A stretch of 64,000 nucleotides of DNA from Candidatus Acidiferrales bacterium (GTDB taxonomy: Bacteria > Acidobacteriota > Terriglobia > Acidiferrales > UBA7541): contig DATNIN010000068.1 in the NCBI GenBank assembly GCA_035604415.1, forward strand, positions 6,102 through 70,101, given 5' to 3'. The notes under the pieces were generated by a model, which had not been told where the DNA came from, searched no databases, and saw nothing but the letters and a program-made list of their open reading frames with translations. Below, piece by piece: positions 58,904 to 64,000 of the stretch. The position numbers and the translations under genes were made by a program. The first letter of the stretch is position 1, and every line of letters starts with the position of its first letter.

Positions 58904-59554
58904 CTAACGAAACCAGGAGGGGGACGCCCCCGCTTTGCGGCCCGCTTCTTGGAGAGCATCCATCTGCTTCTCGAGTCCTTCTTTTTTCTTTTGCAAGTCC
59001 TGGAGTTCGCTGTTCCGGTCTTGCACGTAAATGACGCCCTCGGCCAGCCCGGTGGACGTGTCAAAACCGCCATTTCCGTATTTCTTGATCTCGTCTTTCA
59101 CCTTTGCGATTGTCCGGTCCACTGCGGCCATCTGGTCCAGAAGTTTCCGCGTTTCGCCGCGCCAATACGTCTCTTCGTTATCCCCGGCCTTTGTGGAAGC
59201 GTCCGGCTTGGTCTCAGCGCCCGAACCGGTTGACTCCGGCGACGAGGAAGTTGTCGAGGCTTTCTGGCCTACGACGGAAACACCACTGCTTGGCAGGTGC
59301 GACAGGTCGTCTTGCGTGTACACCTTTGCTGGAGCGGATTTGTTCTTCTCGGCTCTGGCCTTGCGTGCCGCGTCGCCCAATGATTGATCGCCCGGCTGCG
59401 ACTGCGGTTCGGTGGGAGCTTGCGATTGCGAGTGAAGCGGCGCCGCAGCCATGAGCCATATGCCTAGGACCAGCAGGCAAAGGGGATTCCGGGCGGACGA
59501 CGATTTCGGTGGATGCGCATGCCGGTGAGCGGGGATCACTTGACGTCTCATCAC
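58904..59554 (-). CDS. Hypothetical secreted protein with C-terminal coiled coil
   Basis: Hydrophobic signal-like segment LCLLVLGIWLMAAAPLHS, a low-complexity linker and a charged helical C-terminus. Confidence 0.5.
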   Translation of the reverse strand: MMRRQVIPAHRHAHPPKSSSARNPLCLLVLGIWLMAAAPLHSQSQAPTEPQSQPGDQSLGDAARKARAEKNKSAPAKVYTQDDLSHLPSSGVSVVGQKASTTSSSPESTGSGAETKPDASTKAGDNEETYWRGETRKLLDQMAAVDRTIAKVKDEIKKYGNGGFDTSTGLAEGVIYVQDRNSELQDLQKKKEGLEKQMDALQEAGRKAGASPSWFR

Positions 59555-59633
59555 TGAGAACTCTTACTAAACGCTACGCCGGCCGCGTTGCGGGGTCAAG
59601 GCACGGCCATATCGATTCCGGCACATGCCGCTG

Positions 59634-60455
59634 CTAGATGTGTGTGAGAGTGCCCGTGATTCTCGTGCGGCGAAGCGCCCAGGCAAACACCGCGAACGAA
59701 AGCGGGATCAGGACCGCCGCGAAGATGAGAAGCGCCACCAGCGAGTGCCACAGACCGCTCCAGCCGGCTCCTTCGAGAAGCGCGGCACGCATCCCTTCGA
59801 GAGAATACGTGACCGGAACGATTCGTGCGAGCATTCGCAACGGCGCCGGCAGGACGGCGACCGGATACATCATCCCGCCCACGAGCCCTGATACCCCCAG
59901 CACAATCCACTTCGCGGGATTTCCGCGCTTAAACAAGATCTGGTAGCTCGCCGATAAAATTCCGAGGCCCGCGAAGGCGAGGATCGAAGCGAGCAGAATC
60001 AGAATGGCACCGGGCCAATTGGCCGTCCTCGGCGCAAAGCCGAAAAACAGTGCGCCCATCGCGAGATAGACGCACGTCCGCAGCGCGAGGGCCACGAACG
60101 GGTACACCGCGGAGCCGGCGAGGATCACGGGGAGCCGAGTTTGCGTCACGAGCAGCGCTTCGAGGGTGCGGTTTTGGCGCGCCTCCTCGAGGCTCGAGTC
60201 GAACGCAGTCATCGACACGTTCAGGTAATCGAAAAATGCAAAGCCCACGAGCGCGAACGCAAAGTAGTTGGCGCCGGCAGGCAACGCCCGCTCGAGTTGA
60301 GGGCTATCGACGAAGCGCGCGAGATAGTAAAACGTGGCCACGCCGAAAAATTCTTCGACCGTTTGAGCCAGCAGGGCCATGCGATAGCCACGCGCGATCT
60401 GGAAGTCGCGCCAGAAGAATGCGGCGATCTTGCGGAGCGTCCCCACGGTGCTCAT
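59634..60455 (-). CDS. ABC-2 type transporter permease
   Basis: Start at MSTVGTLRKIAAFFWRDF (ATG 60455), overlapping the ATPase stop by 4 nt (ATGA). About six hydrophobic helices. The upstream part of the 584-aa track ORF is a shadow frame. Confidence 0.8.
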   Translation of the reverse strand: MSTVGTLRKIAAFFWRDFQIARGYRMALLAQTVEEFFGVATFYYLARFVDSPQLERALPAGANYFAFALVGFAFFDYLNVSMTAFDSSLEEARQNRTLEALLVTQTRLPVILAGSAVYPFVALALRTCVYLAMGALFFGFAPRTANWPGAILILLASILAFAGLGILSASYQILFKRGNPAKWIVLGVSGLVGGMMYPVAVLPAPLRMLARIVPVTYSLEGMRAALLEGAGWSGLWHSLVALLIFAAVLIPLSFAVFAWALRRTRITGTLTHI

Positions 60456-61261
60456 GGAAGCGTCTCCGCAGCGGTGCTCTGATGAACGAGATGCGCAATC
60501 GCAGCTTCGAGCGTCGCTGCGCCGGTGGCTGCGCGAAGGCCGCGCGGTGAATCGCAGGCGAGCATTTTTCCGTGATCGAGCAGCAAGACGCGATCGGCGA
60601 TTTCTTCCACTTCGGCGAGCGAGTGCGAAGCAAACAGGAGCGTGGTGCCGCGCCGGCGGACGAGTTCGTCCTTGAGCAGGCGCCGGAAATCCGCCGCCGC
60701 GAGTGGATCGAGGCTGCGCGTCGGCTCGTCCAGCAGCAAGACGGCGGGGCCGTGCAGCAATGCACGGGCAAGACCGAGGCGGTGGCGCATCCCGGTCGAA
60801 TAGGTGCGGACCTGGCGGTCCAGGTCGTCCGCGATGCCCATCCACGCCGAGACGGAATCTATCTTCTCGCGCGCCCCCGGCCCGGAGATGTTGTTCATGG
60901 CCGCGAAAAATGCGAGGTTTTCGCGGCCGCTCAGCCGTCCGTAGAATCCTTCGTCGCCGCCGGTGTGGTAGCCAAACTGCTTTCGCGCGCTTTCGGTATC
61001 GCGCGCGACGTCGAAACCGTCGAGCGCGGCCCGGCCGCGCGTCGGGAGAACCAGCGTCGCGAGGATGCGCATCAGGGTCGTCTTTCCCGCGCCGTTGTGG
61101 CCGACGAGCGCCATGATCTCTCCCGGCTCGACGGCGAAGGAAACACCCGCGAGGGCGCAGACCGTCGCCTGGGCGAACGGATGGAGCAACGTGCGCCACC
61201 CGGAGAGCGCGGGAGGAAAGTATTTTTCCAGGTTTTCGACGGAGATCGCGGCGGCGGGCAT
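60452..61261 (-). CDS. ABC transporter ATP-binding protein
   Basis: Walker A GHNGAGKTT, signature YSTGMRHRL, Walker B LLLDEP. Confidence 0.9.
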   Translation of the reverse strand: MPAAAISVENLEKYFPPALSGWRTLLHPFAQATVCALAGVSFAVEPGEIMALVGHNGAGKTTLMRILATLVLPTRGRAALDGFDVARDTESARKQFGYHTGGDEGFYGRLSGRENLAFFAAMNNISGPGAREKIDSVSAWMGIADDLDRQVRTYSTGMRHRLGLARALLHGPAVLLLDEPTRSLDPLAAADFRRLLKDELVRRRGTTLLFASHSLAEVEEIADRVLLLDHGKMLACDSPRGLRAATGAATLEAAIAHLVHQSTAAETLP

Positions 61262-61314
61262 CCTGTGAGGTTATAACCGAATTGGGCGCAGCGAATCCAG
61301 TTCGAACGCGAGCG

Positions 61315-62091
61315 TCAGAATGGCGGCGGTGCAAAAGGCGTCGCGGATGGCGGCTCAAGGATTGAGATCGCGTAGCGATAGACTGCAAGCCGCGTTTGCT
61401 CGCTGATGGGATGCGCCCCGATGACTTCGCCGAAGGCCCGGTGGAGTTCGTGCATTTGATCGTCCGGGAGCGGTTCGAGAATCTTTCCGAAGCGATTCTT
61501 GGCCATCGTCATCGGGTCGGCGTCGCTTCGCGCCCGTTCCTGGGCTGTTGCAGTGTGCGGCGAATCGGCGGACGGAGGCGAATCTGTGTGGGCGGGTGGC
61601 GTCGCCGCCGGCGCGGGAGGTTTCATCGCGGAAGGAGCGGGCTTGACGGCCTTCGCTTCATACTCCTGATAGAAGATGTAGCGGAACTGTTTCTCGTAAA
61701 GGTTGGCGTAGGAGGTCTTTTGGCTGTCTGCGGGAGGCTGCGCGTCGGCGAGCGCCTTGGCGGCGAAGTCCTTCAGCGCTGACTCGAATGCGACAAAATC
61801 CGCGCGAGCCGCCTTCGTGGGACCTTTACCGCCACGCGCGAGCAAAGCCGCCAGCCGGTCGGTGCGTTCATCATAGCAGCGGCCGTAAGCGCGGATTGCG
61901 CGCAGATGGGAGTCGATGTTCGACGCATCCTTACTCGTCGATTTGGCGACCCAGTCGGACGAGGTCATTTGCAGGATTTGCGCGCACGTCATCCCCATCC
62001 GGTCTGGGTCGGCCTTTTGCGGCGGTTTGGACTGCGCGGAGATGGCACCGGGGACGATCGCAAGTAACAGCAGTGCAATTAGGCGGCGCAT
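61315..62091 (-). CDS. Hypothetical secreted protein
   Basis: Signal peptide MRRLIALLLLAIVPGAISA. 258 aa with no recognised family. Upstream of the ABC genes on the same strand. Confidence 0.55.
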   Translation of the reverse strand: MRRLIALLLLAIVPGAISAQSKPPQKADPDRMGMTCAQILQMTSSDWVAKSTSKDASNIDSHLRAIRAYGRCYDERTDRLAALLARGGKGPTKAARADFVAFESALKDFAAKALADAQPPADSQKTSYANLYEKQFRYIFYQEYEAKAVKPAPSAMKPPAPAATPPAHTDSPPSADSPHTATAQERARSDADPMTMAKNRFGKILEPLPDDQMHELHRAFGEVIGAHPISEQTRLAVYRYAISILEPPSATPFAPPPF

Positions 62092-62100
62092 GTGCGAATC

Positions 62101-62607
62101 CTAGTCTTGCCTGTTTGATGCGCCCTGGCTGCGGGATTGTGGCGAAACCTCTGTAGCCTGCGAAGCGGCGATCAGCCACTGGCCATCGCGCTTTACTTCG
62201 GTTCGCGTGAAGACTCCCAGGTAAGGTTGTCCTGGAGAGCCGTCGGCGTTCCGCTCGCCGCTCAGAAACCAGTAGACGTGCACGATCGCTACATCGGGCG
62301 TCAAGAATCTGATATCGACTTCGTCCGTTTTCCAGACGCTGTCCTTCTCCGTCGTTTGATGCCGCGCGGTTTGGGCCTTTTCCATTTGGTCGCGCCCCTT
62401 GGCCCACGCGCCGCGAATGTTGATGAAATCCGTATCGGGCGTCGCAAGACGGGCCAGAGCTGCGGGATCGTGATGGTTCCACGCCGCCTCCCATTGCGAC
62501 TCGATTTCGCGGATCGCCTTTTCGTCGTCGCTCGTGCCGCTCTGCGCGCGAAAAGCTGCGGGAAGAAAAAGCAATGAAAGCGCCACGAGAAGAAACTTCG
62601 TCCGCAT
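62101..62607 (-). CDS. Secreted SnoaL-like/DUF4440 (SgcJ/EcaC-type) protein
   Basis: Start at MRTKFLLVALSLLFLPAAFRA. Contains DEKAIREIESQWEAAWNHHD, typical of the NTF2-like family. Confidence 0.75.
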   Translation of the reverse strand: MRTKFLLVALSLLFLPAAFRAQSGTSDDEKAIREIESQWEAAWNHHDPAALARLATPDTDFINIRGAWAKGRDQMEKAQTARHQTTEKDSVWKTDEVDIRFLTPDVAIVHVYWFLSGERNADGSPGQPYLGVFTRTEVKRDGQWLIAASQATEVSPQSRSQGASNRQD

Positions 62608-62676
62608 AGGTGCCTCCGGGGAGCGAATGATCGACGAAATTCTCCCCGGCGGCCCGATTGGAGTCAAGGAATGGTT

Positions 62677-63195
62677 CTACTGGCCCACGATTTCGCGGGC
62701 CGCTCCGGACACGACGGCGGTCGCGCGCGGCACGATGTTGGTCGCATGGGATGCGACGATGAGCCACTTTCCGCCGCGCTTCACTTCGACGCGCGAAAGG
62801 ATGGCGTGGCGCGCCGGCATGGGAGTGCCGTCGGGGTTGAGGTCGCCGTGGGAGGTGATGGACACGTGCACGATGGCGATCCCCGGGGTCAAGAATTTGA
62901 TCTGAGTGTCCTCGGTCTTCCAGACGCTGCCCTTGACCTTACCCGAATGCAGCTCTTCCAGGCTCTTTCGGAAGGGCTCGCGGCCCTTAAACCACTCGCC
63001 CGCCAGGTTGATGACGTCCGCATCGGGCGCAAAGTCGCTCGCCATCGCTGCGACGTCGTGGCGGTTCCACGCCGCCTCCCATCGCGCCTCGATTTCGCGG
63101 ATGGCTTTCTCGTCGGCCGCTGTGCCGGATTGCGCGCGCACGAGAGCAGGGAAGAGAAGCAGCGACAGCGCAAGCAGGGTGACTTTCATTTGCAT
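62677..63195 (-). CDS. Secreted SnoaL-like/DUF4440 protein (tandem paralog)
   Basis: Start at MQMKVTLLALSLLLFPALVRA. DEKAIREIEARWEAAWNRHD, collinear with 62101-62607. Confidence 0.75.
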   Translation of the reverse strand: MQMKVTLLALSLLLFPALVRAQSGTAADEKAIREIEARWEAAWNRHDVAAMASDFAPDADVINLAGEWFKGREPFRKSLEELHSGKVKGSVWKTEDTQIKFLTPGIAIVHVSITSHGDLNPDGTPMPARHAILSRVEVKRGGKWLIVASHATNIVPRATAVVSGAAREIVGQ

Positions 63196-63221
63196 GAGGT
63201 GCCTCCACGAAAAGATGCGCA

Positions 63222-63614
63222 TTAGTTTTTGCCGCTGCCGGATGAAAACGTCATCATGAATGTGGCTCCATCTTTGATGGCGGGCGCGTCTGCTGGCAGC
63301 AAGAGCAGCCCGCGTCCGAAGCAGCTCTTGAGCCGCACGACCGTCGCGCTCACCGATTTTCCGTCGCCGGTCTCGACTTCGACGCCCTCGCCCGAGTGCT
63401 GCCGCAGCGCCGATGAGAGCCGCGCCTGATCGATCTTGTCGCGTTGGTGAAACACGACTGCGACCACCGCCGGGCTTGTGCTTGCATGGGCTTCCAGCAC
63501 CCGGCATGCGATCGTATCTGCACCGGCGCCGCCGACCTGGCGAGCAATGCCAAGGGGCGCCAGACAGTTCGCCATTACAACGCACAAAATTGCGAGCCGG
63601 AGCATCCTTCGCAT
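63222..63614 (-). CDS. Hypothetical secreted protein
   Basis: 130 aa with a signal-like N-terminus MRRMLRLAILCVVMANCLAPLGIA. Confidence 0.45.
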   Translation of the reverse strand: MRRMLRLAILCVVMANCLAPLGIARQVGGAGADTIACRVLEAHASTSPAVVAVVFHQRDKIDQARLSSALRQHSGEGVEVETGDGKSVSATVVRLKSCFGRGLLLLPADAPAIKDGATFMMTFSSGSGKN

Positions 63615-63744
63615 GAATTCCTCCGGGATGAAACTGGCGGGATTGTCCTAGCGGGGCGGCGGCAAGTCAAGGAGACAGGAAAAGCCTCGGGTTTTCCCGA
63701 CGAAGATCGTGGGGACGCACAAAGCGCGAAAGACTCCAGCCGCG

Positions 63745-63909
63745 TCAGCTCCGCTTGCGCTGGCGCAGAAGCGCTCGCTCGAGTAGGACGTCAACGGCGC
63801 GATCGAGGCGGCGGTTGCGGGCTTCGGCGGACTTGGCGGAGTCGAACCACTGAATGAATTGTCGGCGATGCCCCGGCGCGAGCGCCTGAAACGCCTTCGA
63901 TACCGAAGC
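63745..63909 (-). pseudogene. C-terminal remnant of a YdeI/OmdA-domain protein (no start codon)
   Basis: The minus-strand frame reads ...SKAFQALAPGHRRQFIQWFDSAKSAEARNRRLDRAVDVLLERALLRQRKRS*. There is no in-frame ATG/GTG/TTG between the upstream terminator hairpin and the stop. Confidence 0.4.
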
Positions 63910-63911
63910 GT

Positions 63912-63956
63912 CAAAACAAAAGAAGGCTCCGATTGCTCGGAGCCCTTTTGTTTGAA
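63912..63956 (-). terminator. Rho-independent terminator downstream of the 5S rRNA
   Basis: GGCTCCG-N6-CGGAGCC hairpin (63925-63944), followed on the minus strand by TTCTTTTGTTTTG. An A-run on the other side makes it potentially bidirectional. Confidence 0.6.
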
Positions 63957-63962
63957 ACTTAA

Positions 63963-64000
63963 TCCTGGCGGTGACCTACGTTCCCGCGTCGTTACCAACG
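63963..64000 (-). rRNA. rrf: 5S ribosomal RNA, 3' end (continues beyond window)
   Basis: The reverse complement reads ...GCGGGAACGTAGGTCACCGCCAGGA. This matches the conserved 5S 3' terminus pattern (..GAGAGUAGG.C.CCGCCAGG..). Confidence 0.65.

Noticed and set aside
60456-61388. Upstream 311 codons of the 584-aa ORF 59634-61388.
   Set aside because: This part is an alternative frame of the ABC ATPase gene (60452-61261). The permease begins at ATG 60455, overlapping the ATPase stop as ATGA.
63648-63998. 116-aa minus-strand ORF at the right edge.
   Set aside because: It runs through the 5S rRNA 3' end and its terminator hairpin. The only protein-like signal in the region is in a different frame, the YdeI-like remnant.

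Overview
High-GC bacterial chromosome segment. Gene content and repeat families look Acidobacteriota-like, but that is a tentative inference. It is mostly densely packed housekeeping genes.

Recognised blocks, in order:
- cytochrome c fragment, then a PQQ dehydrogenase
- tilS-hpt-ftsH
- sucA, rpsU, glgC, eno, gpmI, gdh
- ruvA/ruvB, folK
- a TetR-TolC-HlyD operon
- dacB-like PBP4, a LOG-family gene, mutS2, dnaG, der
- tRNA-Pro(GGG), surE, a DinG-like helicase, queD-queE-queC
- a DegT aminotransferase and an ABC-2 exporter
- the 3' end of a 5S rRNA on the minus strand at the right edge

I see no CRISPR array, transposase, integrase or recognisable defence operon.

Observations worth a second look:
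1. An in-frame TGA at 2285-2287 joins two same-frame ORFs. The joined product would be a twin-arginine-signal protein with a U-G-G-C motif, a selenoprotein candidate, next to the PQQ dehydrogenase.
2. The PQQ dehydrogenase carries the D-x-D signature of lanthanide-dependent enzymes and has no vicinal Cys pair.
3. A lower-GC four-helix-bundle gene (23S-IVS-protein family) sits between mutS2 and dnaG, bracketed by a 23-bp imperfect inverted repeat.
4. An 891-aa protein has a PilZ-like N-terminus and a very long amphipathic coiled coil. A stand-alone PilZ gene lies nearby.
5. The TetR-TolC-HlyD operon has no inner-membrane pump gene in the window.
6. Several families of palindromic intergenic repeats cluster around eno, the DinB gene, the transglutaminase gene and gpmI.

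Many long ORFs in the six-frame track are antisense or shadow ORFs typical of GC-rich DNA and were rejected.
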